In this document: positions 1 to 9,191 of the stretch, piece by piece
Layout of the letters: each line of letters opens with the position of its first letter
Numbering within the stretch: position 1 is the first letter of the stretch
Assembly (NCBI GenBank): GCA_963828465.1
Contig: CAWHEU010000018.1
Coordinates: forward strand, 323,492-387,491
DNA length: 64,000 nt
Reading direction: 5' to 3'
Source of the DNA: an uncultured Acidobacteriota bacterium
GTDB taxonomy: Bacteria > Actinomycetota > Acidimicrobiia > Spongiisociales > ZC4RG35
Translations under genes and position numbers: made by a program
Notes under the pieces: generated by a model
What the model was told of the DNA's origin: nothing
Database searches by the model: none
Seen by the model: only the letters and a program-made list of their open reading frames with translations

Positions 1-249
1 ATCGCAGTCGTGGACCACGGGCCTGGCATCCCTGACGACGAGAGGGAGCGGGTCTTCGAGCGGTTCACTCAGATCGACCAGTCCGACACCCGGTCGAAGG
101 GAGGGACCGGTCTCGGTCTCTCCATCGTCAAGAGCCTGGCCGAGGTGATGTACGGGGCGGTGCGGGTGGAAGCCACTGAAGGCGGCGGAGCCACCTTCGT
201 CGTCGAGTTGCCCTTGGCGCGTGCTCTGCAGAAGGTCGAGAGCCGCTAG
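1..249 (+). CDS. Sensor histidine kinase, C-terminal HATPase_c fragment (5' end outside window)
   Basis: DHGPGI, F-box FERF and G2 box GGTGLGLSI motifs. Confidence 0.9.
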   Translation: MAVVDHGPGIPDDERERVFERFTQIDQSDTRSKGGTGLGLSIVKSLAEVMYGAVRVEATEGGGATFVVELPLARALQKVESR

Positions 250-1028
250 TCGGAGCGCTCGCCCCCGGAGGCGATGGCGTGAAACCCCCCGTCCACGTGA
301 ACCACTTCACCTGAGGTCATCGGCGCCCAATCACTGAGGAGCACACACACCATCCGGGCCACCGGGTCCGGGTTCGATCCGTCCCAGGAGAGCGGCGCCC
401 GCTCCTTCCAAACCCGGTCGAATGCATCGAAGCCGGGGATCGACTTGGCGGCAACGGTGCTCAGTGGCCCTGCCGACACCGCATTGACCCTGACACCGTG
501 TGGCCCGAGGTCACGGGCCAGATACCGGGTCACGCTCTGTAGGGCGGATTTGGCCACACCCATCCAGTCGTAAGCCGGCCAGGCCTGCGAATTGTCGAAG
601 TCGAGAGTGACCAATGCCCCACCCTCCGTCATCAGGGGAAGAACTGCGACGGCCAGGGTCTTGTAGGAGAAGGCCGAAGTCATGAAGGCGGTCTGCGCCG
701 ATTCGGGCGGGGTGTTGAGGAAGTTGCCTCCGAGGGCGTCTTCGGGAGCAAAGGCGATGGCATGGAGGGCCCCGTCTATCCGCCCCCACCGCTCCCCCAG
801 GTCCAACATCAGTGACGAGACTTGATCGACGTCGTTGATGTCGAGCTCCAACACGGGACACGGCTCGGGCAGCCGCTGTACCGATCGCTCAGTCAAGCGG
901 AGACCTCGTCCGAAACCGGTGACGACTATCTCAGCGCCCTCCTCCTGGGCAATCCTGGCAACGTGCCAGGCGATCGAGTCATCGGTGAGGACCCCGGTGA
1001 TGAGGAGTTTCTTGTTCTCGAGCAGCAT
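246..1028 (-). CDS. fabI: Enoyl-ACP reductase (InhA/FabI type)
   Basis: LITGVLTDDSIAWHVA N-terminus, YDWMGVAK catalytic YX6K, VHVDGG end. Confidence 0.95.
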   Translation of the reverse strand: MLLENKKLLITGVLTDDSIAWHVARIAQEEGAEIVVTGFGRGLRLTERSVQRLPEPCPVLELDINDVDQVSSLMLDLGERWGRIDGALHAIAFAPEDALGGNFLNTPPESAQTAFMTSAFSYKTLAVAVLPLMTEGGALVTLDFDNSQAWPAYDWMGVAKSALQSVTRYLARDLGPHGVRVNAVSAGPLSTVAAKSIPGFDAFDRVWKERAPLSWDGSNPDPVARMVCVLLSDWAPMTSGEVVHVDGGFHAIASGGERSD

Positions 1029-1037
1029 CGCGACCTC

Positions 1038-1409
1038 CTAGAAGTTGCCGCCAAAGGTGAGGATCCCCCTGATGGCGAGCCCCATTGTGAACAGAAGTAG
1101 TAGGCCGTAATACATCGCCGGCCTTCTGCGGAACTGGGACCGATAGATGTAGGCGAACGAGAAGGTCACCGCGATTACGACGCCGTAGAAGACGTGCTGG
1201 TTACCCGGATCGACACCGCCATTGGCCACGATCACCCCGATGACGATCTGGAGGAGGAGGGCCGAGATCGCCAGCCCGACGCCGTAATAGAAGGCCCACG
1301 GCGGGGGCTCGCGACGTCTGATCAATATCCCCCAGAGTCCCACGATCCCGCTGATCCCGGCCGCGATATACCCCCAGTTGGTGTGGAAATCGCTCAACAA
1401 AATGAGCAT
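1038..1409 (-). CDS. Hypothetical membrane protein (4 TM)
   Basis: 123 aa hydrophobic ORF 9 nt upstream of fabI, same strand. Confidence 0.75.
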   Translation of the reverse strand: MLILLSDFHTNWGYIAAGISGIVGLWGILIRRREPPPWAFYYGVGLAISALLLQIVIGVIVANGGVDPGNQHVFYGVVIAVTFSFAYIYRSQFRRRPAMYYGLLLLFTMGLAIRGILTFGGNF

Positions 1410-1466
1410 AGGGACCCCTGCAAATGACTCGTCGTCACCTGTACAATTGATTCAGGAGGCTTGGGA

Positions 1467-1727
1467 ATGTTCGAAGCGGTGGAGTTCACAGAGGTCCGCG
1501 GAAGTGACGAGCCCGATCAGCGGGTGATCGGCACCTTTCCGGACGAGATCGGTGCGGTAGAGGCAGTCCGGTCGGCCAAGACAGAGTTCGTCGAGTCCGG
1601 TTCGGAGGATTTCGCCTGGTGGGTGGTCCGTCAACCCGGAGCCACTCTGGCGCAGTTCATCTCCGATTCGAAGAGCGACAAGGAATTCATCGTCGATCTG
1701 ACGACGGGTCAGCTGATCGAGGTCTGA
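1467..1727 (+). CDS. Small acidic hypothetical protein
   Basis: TACAAT -10 and GGAGG RBS before ATG 1467; typical codon usage. Confidence 0.7.
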   Translation: MFEAVEFTEVRGSDEPDQRVIGTFPDEIGAVEAVRSAKTEFVESGSEDFAWWVVRQPGATLAQFISDSKSDKEFIVDLTTGQLIEV

Positions 1728-1770
1728 TCGTCCAGGGCCGGCGTCATTCGCCGTCCCTAGGCTTGACTTT

Positions 1771-3354
1771 GTGGCTGAACCTCCGGTCCCGGACACGGAG
1801 CGGGTGCGCACCGCGGAGGTGATCGCCGCCGCCTGTCTGGCCACCGATCTGGGAATGGGCTTCCCGTTCGAGCACGGGCTTCAGGCGACTTTGGTGACGT
1901 GTCGGCTGGCGGAGCGTCTTGCCGTCGGCCCCGACACAACAGCTGAGGCGTTCTACGTGAGCCTTCTGATGTATTCGGGCTGCACCACCGATTCCGACGT
2001 CAACGCCGCCATCTTCGGGGGGAGCTTGAGCAGGAACATGACGGCCCGACAGTTCGGGTCGACTCTAGAGGCGTTGGGAGGCGTCATTCGTGCGTTACCT
2101 GACCCCGACTCGGGGATCTTGAAGAGCGGTATCGAGATCGCCTCCGGCTTTCCCAAGGCAGCCAGGTTCCGCCGCAGCCATTTCACCGCCTTGTGTGAGG
2201 TCGCGATGATGTTGTCGGAGCGGCTCGGCCTCCCCGATGAGATCAACGGGCTCTTCCTCTACCTCACTGAGCGCTGGGATGGCAGTGGCGTCCTGGGCAG
2301 AAAGGCCGGTGACGAGATCCCGATGGCCCTGAGAATCGTGACCGTGGCCAGGGATGCTGCTTATCAAGCCTTGATCGCCGGGAACGAGCACGCCGCCCGC
2401 GTGATCAGGGCGCGGGCCGGGCATGCCTTCGACCCCGATGTGGCGACAGTGCTCGCGGACAACGCCTCGGAGATACTCGGGACAGCCGATGACCCCCCCA
2501 CGGTGTGGGACTCGGTCCTCGATGCGGAGCCAGGGCCTCACCTCACACTGGACTCGGAAGGCGTCGACCGCGCCCTCGGCGCCCTTGGCGATTTCGCCGA
2601 TCTGGTCTCCCCGTCTTTGGTGGGCCACTCGTCGGGCGTTGCCCAATTGGCCGGTGACGCGGCCACCGAGCTCGGCCTTGCACCGGCACAAGTCACCCGC
2701 GTCCGCAGGGCGGGCCTCATCCACGACATCGGCCGGGTGGCGATCGATCCCCGAACGTGGCAGAAGGGCAGCTCGCTCAATGCCGATGAGTGGGAGCAGG
2801 TGCGTCTGCATGCCTATCACACGGAGCGGGTCTTCAACCGATCACCGCTTCTGGCCCCCGTGGCGGCCGTCGCCTGTCGACACCATGAGAGGATGGACGG
2901 GTCCGGGTATCACCGCGGTCTGAACGCCACATCCCTGGAGCCGGCGTCTCGCCTGCTCGCCGCTGCCGACGCCTTCCACGCCATGACCGAACCCCGGGAC
3001 CATCGGCCCTCGATGCCGCTGGCTGAAGCCGCCACATTTCTTCGTGAGGAATCGGCGGCCGGTCGTCATGACGGTGAGATGGTCGCCGCCGTTTTGCGCG
3101 CCGCCGGTCAACAGACATCCCCGGTAGACCGCCCGGCGGGTCTCACCGAGCGCGAAGTACAGGTGATTCGGCTACTCGCCCGCGGCATGCAGACCAAGCA
3201 GGTAGCTCGCGCACTGGACATCTCGACCAAGACCGCGGACCGTCACATCCAAAACGTGTACCGAAAAATCGGTGTTTCCACCCGCGCCGCTGCCACGCTC
3301 TACGCCAGCGAACACGGGCTGGTGCAATGGGGAGAACTCCCGATTTCGCCCTGA
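1771..3354 (+). CDS. HD-GYP/HD-domain protein with C-terminal LuxR HTH (transcriptional regulator)
   Basis: HDIG and HHERMDGSGY HD-GYP motifs; LTEREVQVIRLLARG...HIQNVYRKIGV LuxR HTH; leaderless TAGGCT-N7-GTG. Confidence 0.92.
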   Translation: MAEPPVPDTERVRTAEVIAAACLATDLGMGFPFEHGLQATLVTCRLAERLAVGPDTTAEAFYVSLLMYSGCTTDSDVNAAIFGGSLSRNMTARQFGSTLEALGGVIRALPDPDSGILKSGIEIASGFPKAARFRRSHFTALCEVAMMLSERLGLPDEINGLFLYLTERWDGSGVLGRKAGDEIPMALRIVTVARDAAYQALIAGNEHAARVIRARAGHAFDPDVATVLADNASEILGTADDPPTVWDSVLDAEPGPHLTLDSEGVDRALGALGDFADLVSPSLVGHSSGVAQLAGDAATELGLAPAQVTRVRRAGLIHDIGRVAIDPRTWQKGSSLNADEWEQVRLHAYHTERVFNRSPLLAPVAAVACRHHERMDGSGYHRGLNATSLEPASRLLAAADAFHAMTEPRDHRPSMPLAEAATFLREESAAGRHDGEMVAAVLRAAGQQTSPVDRPAGLTEREVQVIRLLARGMQTKQVARALDISTKTADRHIQNVYRKIGVSTRAAATLYASEHGLVQWGELPISP

Positions 3355-3372
3355 CCGCCCTTGCCGTACGGT
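3327..3372 (+). promoter_or_regulatory. Inverted repeat ATGGGGAG-AA-CTCCCGAT (candidate operator) plus -10 TACGGT of the downstream operon
   Basis: 7/8 palindrome at 3327-3344, TACGGT at 3367-3372, ATG 7 nt later at 3380. Confidence 0.5.
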
Positions 3373-3379
3373 CGATTCC

Positions 3380-3910
3380 ATGTCGCGGGTGCATGGTGAT
3401 CGAGGTCGAGGAGCCCGCAAACAGCTGATCACAGCCGGTGCGCTCAGCTTGGGGCTGTCGATCGGACTGGTCGCAACTTCGACAGCGGGCACGACGACTT
3501 TGGGGGCACCGGCCTGGTGGCCCTGGCTCCTGACCGGTCTGCAGGTACTCGCCCTCTGGTCGGCAGGACGGAGCCGGTGGTGGGGATGGCTCCTGGGAGG
3601 AGCCGTGCAGCCGGTGTGGATCGCCTATGCCCTGGTCACCGGTCAGCTCGGTTTCGTCCCGGGATGCCTGGTTTCCGCCTGGGTGCAGACCGCCAGTTTC
3701 AAGCGACAGAGGACCGAAGGAGAAGATCATGCAAGTAAGTCGGCGAATATCGACCATCGTCATCGGAGGTGGTCAGGCCGGGTTGTCGGTCGGATATCAC
3801 CTGCAACGGCTCGGGGTGCCGTTCGTCATCCTCGACGCAGAGGAGCGAGTCGGTGGGGCCTGGCGGAGCCGGTGGGACTCGCTCCGCCTGTTCACTCCGG
3901 CCCGGTATGA
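3380..3910 (+). CDS. Hypothetical membrane protein (PnuC-like Trp-rich TM segments); 3' end uncertain, overlaps next gene
   Basis: WWGWLLGGAVQPVWIAYALVTGQLGF TM pattern; leaderless start at 3380. Confidence 0.5.
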   Translation: MSRVHGDRGRGARKQLITAGALSLGLSIGLVATSTAGTTTLGAPAWWPWLLTGLQVLALWSAGRSRWWGWLLGGAVQPVWIAYALVTGQLGFVPGCLVSAWVQTASFKRQRTEGEDHASKSANIDHRHRRWSGRVVGRISPATARGAVRHPRRRGASRWGLAEPVGLAPPVHSGPV

Positions 3911-4838
3911 CGGGCTGGACGGAAAGCCGTTCCCCTCTACCGGCCACACCTTCCCCACCAAGGACGAGATGGCCGACTATCTGGAGACGTACTCGGCCGA
4001 GTTCGCCCTCCCGGTCCGAAGCGGCCAGCGAGTGACGAGCCTTTCAAAGCGGGACGCAGCGTTCATAGTGGAGACGGACGACACCCGGTTCGAGGCGGAC
4101 AACGTGGTGGTTGCCATGTCCAGCTGGCAGAAGCCGAAGGTGCCCGGATTCGCTACGGAGCTCAGATCCGAGATCACCCAGATCCACAGCTTGGACTACC
4201 GCAACCCATCCCAACTTCGAGACGGACCCGTCCTGATTGTTGGCGCAGGCAATTCGGGGGCGGAGATAGCGATGGAAGCGGCGCGCAGCCATCAGACACT
4301 GCTATCCGGCCCAGACACCGGTCACGTCCCGTTTCGCATAGAGGGCAGACTCGGGCGGTTGTTGGTCCGCGTGGTGCTCAGGTTCCTCTTTCATCGTGTT
4401 CTCACCATGAGCACCCCGATCGGGCGGCGAGCACTGCCCAAGATGATGGCCAAGGGGCAACCATTGGTGAGGACGAAGCCCGGGGACCTCGTCGATGCAG
4501 GGGTCGAGCGAACGCCGCGGGTTATCGGAGTCGAGGATGGCAGGCCGGTGCTCGAGGATGGTCGTGTGCTCCATGTGGCCAACATCATCTGGTGCACCGG
4601 GTTCGATCCCGGCTTCTCCTGGATCGATCTTCCTGTCTTCGAATCTGGGCATGTCAAACACGATCGAGGTGTGGTCGCGGAGGTCCCCGGTCTCTTCTTC
4701 GTGGGCCTAAAGGGCCTGTACTCGGTGTCTTCGGCCGAGGTGCATGGTGTCGGGCGCGACGCAGCGCGCGTGGCGAAGCAGATCGCGGCATCTGTCTCGA
4801 CCCAGGATCTGCCCGCCCCCGCGACGGCGCGCCCGTGA
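3729..4838 (+). CDS. Flavin-dependent NAD(P)/FAD oxidoreductase (FMO-like, CzcO/ArsO family)
   Basis: GGGQAG FAD motif, WDSLRLFTP, HSLDYRNP, GAGNSG NADPH motif, WCTGF; GAAGGAG RBS. Confidence 0.9.
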   Translation: MQVSRRISTIVIGGGQAGLSVGYHLQRLGVPFVILDAEERVGGAWRSRWDSLRLFTPARYDGLDGKPFPSTGHTFPTKDEMADYLETYSAEFALPVRSGQRVTSLSKRDAAFIVETDDTRFEADNVVVAMSSWQKPKVPGFATELRSEITQIHSLDYRNPSQLRDGPVLIVGAGNSGAEIAMEAARSHQTLLSGPDTGHVPFRIEGRLGRLLVRVVLRFLFHRVLTMSTPIGRRALPKMMAKGQPLVRTKPGDLVDAGVERTPRVIGVEDGRPVLEDGRVLHVANIIWCTGFDPGFSWIDLPVFESGHVKHDRGVVAEVPGLFFVGLKGLYSVSSAEVHGVGRDAARVAKQIAASVSTQDLPAPATARP

Positions 4839-5950
4839 TCGCGGAGCGGGTCCTTGTTGTCGGCGGCGGGCTGGCAGGCCTGAGCGTGGGTATCGCGTTG
4901 ACCCGCGTCGGCTCTCAGGTGAAGGTCGTCGAGAAGGCCGACCAGTGGGCCGAGGTCGGCGCCGGCATGTACCTGCCGGGCAACGCACATCGGGCGATGC
5001 AGGCTTTGGGTATCGGCCACGTCGTTCGAGATCGCAGCTTCCAGATCAAGCGCCAGGTCTTTAGGGATCACACCGGGCGGATCTTGGCCGACGTCGACCT
5101 GGAGGAGGTTTGGGGAAACACTGGTCCGTGCTTGGCGATTACCCGGGCCGACCTGCACCACACGCTCCGGGAGGCGGCATCCGACGTCGACCTGTATCTG
5201 GGTGTCGAGGTCACGGCGATCGACCAGGATGGCGACTCCGTGAGGGTCGACTTCACCGACGGCAGCAATGGCGAATTCGACTTCTTGGTGGGGGCTGATG
5301 GCCTCCACTCTTCTATCCGCCGACACGTGTCAGGGACTGAACCGAGTCCGGTGGGCCAGGTCAGCTGGCGGTTCATCGTCAACCGTGACTTCGGTCTGAG
5401 CAATTGGACCGTCATGCTCGGTGGCGCACGGACATTCCTGGCAATCCCCCTCGGCGGTAGCCGCATCTACTGCTATCTCGACCTGTCGAGCCAGGATGGC
5501 ACGGACCCCACCCATGGGGACCCTGGCCGTCTCGAAGACCTGTTCGGCGATTTCGACGGCCCGGCCATTGACCTGATTCGGGCAGCCGCGAAAAGCCCTG
5601 TCCACTTCGGCCCCATCGAAGAGGTAGTCACGGACGATTGGGTGAACGGCCGGGTTGTCCTAGTGGGTGACGCGGCACATGCCACCTCACCCAACATGGC
5701 GCAGGGTGCTGCCATGGCTTTCGAAGACGCCGCCGTACTCGCAGAATGCCTCGCCGATCAGGTGTCGGTAACGCGAGCGTTGGGAGCGTATGTCGCACGG
5801 CGAATGCCTCGCATCCGGTGGGTTCGAGAACAGTCCCACCGGAGGGACAGAATCAGGTCTCTCCCCGCGCCCGTTCGCAATCTCTCCCTCCAACTAGCGG
5901 GCAAGCGGATCTATCGGTCCAACTACGGACCGCTCATGGCTGACCTTTGA
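4835..5950 (+). CDS. FAD-dependent monooxygenase (salicylate hydroxylase/UbiH-like)
   Basis: GGGLAG, GADG and GDAAHATSPNMAQGAAMAFED motifs; GTGA overlap with upstream gene. Confidence 0.9.
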   Translation: MIAERVLVVGGGLAGLSVGIALTRVGSQVKVVEKADQWAEVGAGMYLPGNAHRAMQALGIGHVVRDRSFQIKRQVFRDHTGRILADVDLEEVWGNTGPCLAITRADLHHTLREAASDVDLYLGVEVTAIDQDGDSVRVDFTDGSNGEFDFLVGADGLHSSIRRHVSGTEPSPVGQVSWRFIVNRDFGLSNWTVMLGGARTFLAIPLGGSRIYCYLDLSSQDGTDPTHGDPGRLEDLFGDFDGPAIDLIRAAAKSPVHFGPIEEVVTDDWVNGRVVLVGDAAHATSPNMAQGAAMAFEDAAVLAECLADQVSVTRALGAYVARRMPRIRWVREQSHRRDRIRSLPAPVRNLSLQLAGKRIYRSNYGPLMADL

Positions 5951-5969
5951 GTCAAAGCCTCACTTCAGG

Positions 5970-6389
5970 TCAGCTCATCGAGGTCTGAGGTCGCGTCACC
6001 CTCGAGTTCGATATCGCGACGCCAGCCGCGATGACCAACGCGATCAACCAGGTCAAGACTCCCTGGCTAGTTGCCAGGTACATCGCGAGCACGAGCGCCG
6101 CTGTGTTGCCGATCAGGCGCACCCACACCGGCGCCTCGCGGGCGGGCCGAAAAGTGACGCCAGCCAACACGAGCAGAACACCCGGCATCAACATAAGGGG
6201 TCCGAGGAGGTTCCCCCCAGACATGAGAGCCGCTCCGGTCACGAACATTGCGCCACCCAACGCGAGGACATATTCCGGCGCCAGCAGAGTGGCGACCGGA
6301 GGGGCCGCGAACACGGCCAGCAAGACGAGCCCTTGAAATACCGAAGTGGTGGTCGGACCGCCGTCGGGCGCGTTGAGCCCGAACAGCAC
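5970..6389 (-). CDS. Hypothetical membrane protein (start uncertain)
   Basis: Multiple hydrophobic segments filling the gap downstream of the acyl-CoA ligase. Confidence 0.55.
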   Translation of the reverse strand: MLFGLNAPDGGPTTTSVFQGLVLLAVFAAPPVATLLAPEYVLALGGAMFVTGAALMSGGNLLGPLMLMPGVLLVLAGVTFRPAREAPVWVRLIGNTAALVLAMYLATSQGVLTWLIALVIAAGVAISNSRVTRPQTSMS

Positions 6390-6456
6390 AAAGGCGACGA
6401 CGGCGATGGTTAGGGCGAATATCGAGGCGAGTCGAACTGGCGACCACCGATTGATA

Positions 6457-8070
6457 TCAGCCCTCTTCCATGAGGAGGTCGGCGTATTCGTTCCTCACGA
6501 CCTTCTTGTCGAACTTGCCAGTGCCTGTCTTGGGAATCTGGTCGATGAACAGGATCTTGTCGGGCAGCCACCACTTGGCGACCCGCTCCTCGAGGAAGGA
6601 ATGCAAATCCTCCTCCGACACCTCGACGCCTTCACGGAGAACGACGAAGGCCACCGGGCGCTCCTGCCATTTGACGTGCTTCAGGCCAACGACGGTTGCC
6701 TCGCTCACGTCGGGGTGGGCCATGAGCGCATTCTCCAGATCGATCGATGAGATCCACTCCCCACCCGACTTGATCACGTCCTTGGCGCGGTCGGTGATCT
6801 TGATGTAGCCCTCGGGCGTGATCTTGCAGACGTCGCCGGTGCGGAGCCACCCGTCCTCGAACGACTGGGCGGAGCGGCTGTCCTGGTAGTACTCGGCGGC
6901 GATCCAGGGGCCGCGGATCAACAGCTCACCGAACGCCTCTCCATCGTGGGGCAGCTCCTCACCGATCTCGTCCACGATCTTGACCTGGAGCCCGGCCACC
7001 GGGATGCCTGCCGTCTCGAGGAAGTCGAGTTGCCGGTCGAGGTCCCACTCCTCCATCTCGGGCTTGAGGAGGCTGGTCGAGGCGACCGGGTTGGTCTCGG
7101 TCATGCCCCAGCCCTGCACGACCCGGATTCCCTGGACCTTCCAGTACCACTCGATCATCGCCCTTGGAACTGCCGATCCCCCGCACAGGAAAGCGCGGAT
7201 CGAAGAGAGGTCGACATCCGGGTTCGCTTCGAGATACTGCTTGATCCCCAACCAAACCGTGGGCACACCGGCGCTGAATGTCACCTTCTCCTGCTCGAGC
7301 AGGGGGACGAGACCCTGTGGGGTCAAGTCGGGACCGGGATAGGTGAGTTTGGCCCCCTGAGTGACGGCCATGAAGGGGTACCCCCAGGCGGCAGCATGGA
7401 ACATCGGCACAACCGGCAGGACGTTGTCGCTCGGGAGCATGTTGAAGTTGGCCAAGTTGGAGATCGTGTGCAGGTATGTGGATCGCTGCGTGTAGGCGAC
7501 CCCTTTCGGGTTGCCCGTCGTTCCCGACGAGTAACAGAACATCATCGGGGACCGCTCGTCGAGCTGGGGCCAGGGTCCGTGAGGCTCGGCGTCCCCGATC
7601 AGGTCCTCGTAGGCGATCGATCCCGGGATCGCATCCGAGGCCGACTCCCCCATGACGACGAAGGTCTCCACCGTCTTCAGCTCCGGTGTGATCGGTCCCA
7701 GGAGCGGAGCTAGATCGGGGTCGACGAACAGCACCTTGTCCCCGGCGTGGTTGATGATGTAGGCGATCTGATCGGCGAAGAGCCTGATGTTGACGGTGTG
7801 GCAGACGAGCCCGGTATTGGCGGTGGCCCAATAGAGCTCGTGATGGCGGCGGTTGTTCCAGGCAAAGGTGCCCACCGGGTCGCCCTGCGAGAGACCCAGG
7901 GCCTCGAAGGCGGTGGCGAGTCGTCTCACCCTGGTGTCGGTCTCGCCGTAGGTGGTGCGGGTCACCGACCGATCGGCCTCGACGGAGACGATCTCCTGGT
8001 CCGGGTAGAGCCAGACCGCCCGGTCGTAGAGGGTGGAGAGGTTCAGCGGGAAGTCCTGCATGTGTGGCAT
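6457..8070 (-). CDS. Fatty-acid--CoA ligase (AlkK/DmdB-like)
   Basis: YSSGTTGNPKG, VVPMFH, GWGMTET, DRAKDVIKSGGEWISS. Confidence 0.93.
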   Translation of the reverse strand: MPHMQDFPLNLSTLYDRAVWLYPDQEIVSVEADRSVTRTTYGETDTRVRRLATAFEALGLSQGDPVGTFAWNNRRHHELYWATANTGLVCHTVNIRLFADQIAYIINHAGDKVLFVDPDLAPLLGPITPELKTVETFVVMGESASDAIPGSIAYEDLIGDAEPHGPWPQLDERSPMMFCYSSGTTGNPKGVAYTQRSTYLHTISNLANFNMLPSDNVLPVVPMFHAAAWGYPFMAVTQGAKLTYPGPDLTPQGLVPLLEQEKVTFSAGVPTVWLGIKQYLEANPDVDLSSIRAFLCGGSAVPRAMIEWYWKVQGIRVVQGWGMTETNPVASTSLLKPEMEEWDLDRQLDFLETAGIPVAGLQVKIVDEIGEELPHDGEAFGELLIRGPWIAAEYYQDSRSAQSFEDGWLRTGDVCKITPEGYIKITDRAKDVIKSGGEWISSIDLENALMAHPDVSEATVVGLKHVKWQERPVAFVVLREGVEVSEEDLHSFLEERVAKWWLPDKILFIDQIPKTGTGKFDKKVVRNEYADLLMEEG

Positions 8071-8681
8071 CAGGCGCCTCCGATCAGCTTCTGCTTCTCT
8101 GCCTCGAACTCGACATCGCTCAGCTTGCCTTCGTCGTGGAGCCGAGACAGTGTGGCGAGCTGGGAAGCGGAGCTTTCTGCCGCCGCCGCCCGTCCCCCTG
8201 ATTGCAAGGAGTGCTGGCGATCCTCCCTCGCCTGATAGATCAGCGACTGGATCGCCTCTGGATCGGGAATATCGGTGTAGTGGGTTTGCCCGTGGGTCCC
8301 GGCCGACTCGATGAGGAGATCACCGGTCCCGAAAATCCGCTCCCATGCCGATTGCTGAAACGCCACGTCGTTGATCACCTCGAGCGGGAGCTCTTTGCCC
8401 TGTTTGGAAAGGAGGCCCACGCGGTGGATCAGGCGCTCAGTCGTAATGACGTGCAGCGTGGTGAACCAGCGGATGAACCCTCTCGCCGTCAGCACGAGCC
8501 ACAGGATGATGAGGGCGCCGATCACCCACAGAGCCCAATCGAATCCCTGGAACGCGAGGAACACGATGACTGCGAGGGCGAGGATGGAGAGAATGGCTTC
8601 CTTGAGGATCCCGGACCAGTGAGGTCTGAATTCGGCCTTGATCTCCTCGCCCGGGCTGAGCAGTTTCTCTGGATACGCCAT
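8070..8681 (-). CDS. Membrane protein with bacterial PH domain and C-terminal SHOCT
   Basis: 2 TM; ITTERLIHRVGLL...GTGDLLIESAG; LSRLHDEGKLSDVEFEAEKQKL; leaderless TAGCCT-N6-ATG. Confidence 0.85.
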   Translation of the reverse strand: MAYPEKLLSPGEEIKAEFRPHWSGILKEAILSILALAVIVFLAFQGFDWALWVIGALIILWLVLTARGFIRWFTTLHVITTERLIHRVGLLSKQGKELPLEVINDVAFQQSAWERIFGTGDLLIESAGTHGQTHYTDIPDPEAIQSLIYQAREDRQHSLQSGGRAAAAESSASQLATLSRLHDEGKLSDVEFEAEKQKLIGGA

Positions 8682-8721
8682 GGCGGCAGGCTACCGATCA
8701 GGCCGTTTGGATGAGTCCCCA

Positions 8722-9081
8722 CACAACGAGAAAGTCCCGAGGGAGCCTTGGCCGAAGCCTCAACCCTCTCGGGACTCTCGCCCATCCGGTGTCAGGCCGG
8801 GGACCCAACTCCGAATGGAGTTCTTGCCGATGGCCGAAGCCGCCGGCAGGTGTGCGATCCGAAGATCGCGACCTCCCCGTCTCCGGGAAGACCTTGCGAG
8901 TCGTGAGACCCGCCGTTCGGTGACCGCTCGACGATCCCGAAGGATCCCCGTCCGGTCGTCCGACCGTCCCTGGGGCCCTCAGTTTCCCGGTGACTCCAGG
9001 TTCCCGCACCACGGCCTCGGAGCGGCTCTCACCACTCCGAACCTCTTGATTCGGGCCGCCGCCGGGTTTCCCCTTCGGCGT
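8722..9081 (-). ncRNA. Candidate structured non-coding RNA 1 (~360 nt)
   Basis: Non-coding gap with four cUUCGg tetraloop stems, GAAA/GAGA loops, its own promoter and a terminator-like 3' hairpin. Confidence 0.7.
8728..8779 (-). terminator. 3' hairpin / intrinsic terminator of RNA 1
   Basis: GAGAGTCCCGAGAGGG...GGC-TTCG-GCC...CCCTCGGGACTTTCTC followed by GTTGTGT. Confidence 0.6.
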
Positions 9082-9088
9082 GGGTGGA

Positions 9089-9117
9089 AACGTAGACCGG
9101 CACCATGGTGCTGGCAA
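9089..9117 (-). promoter_or_regulatory. Sigma-70-type promoter TTGCCA-N17-TACGTT for RNA 1
   Basis: -35 at 9117-9112, -10 at 9094-9089, A at 9081 as likely +1. Confidence 0.7.
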
Positions 9118-9191
9118 CTCCAGGCACTGATTCTTTTTCGCGAGGTGATCAATAGTTTCCGCGGTGTCTGTCGGGGCTGGGGAAGACGCAC

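Noticed and set aside
8728-8745. GAGAAAGTCC resembling the RNase P RNA GAGGAAAGTCC signature
   Set aside because: It is the 3' arm of a minus-strand hairpin; other RNase P conserved regions are not visible
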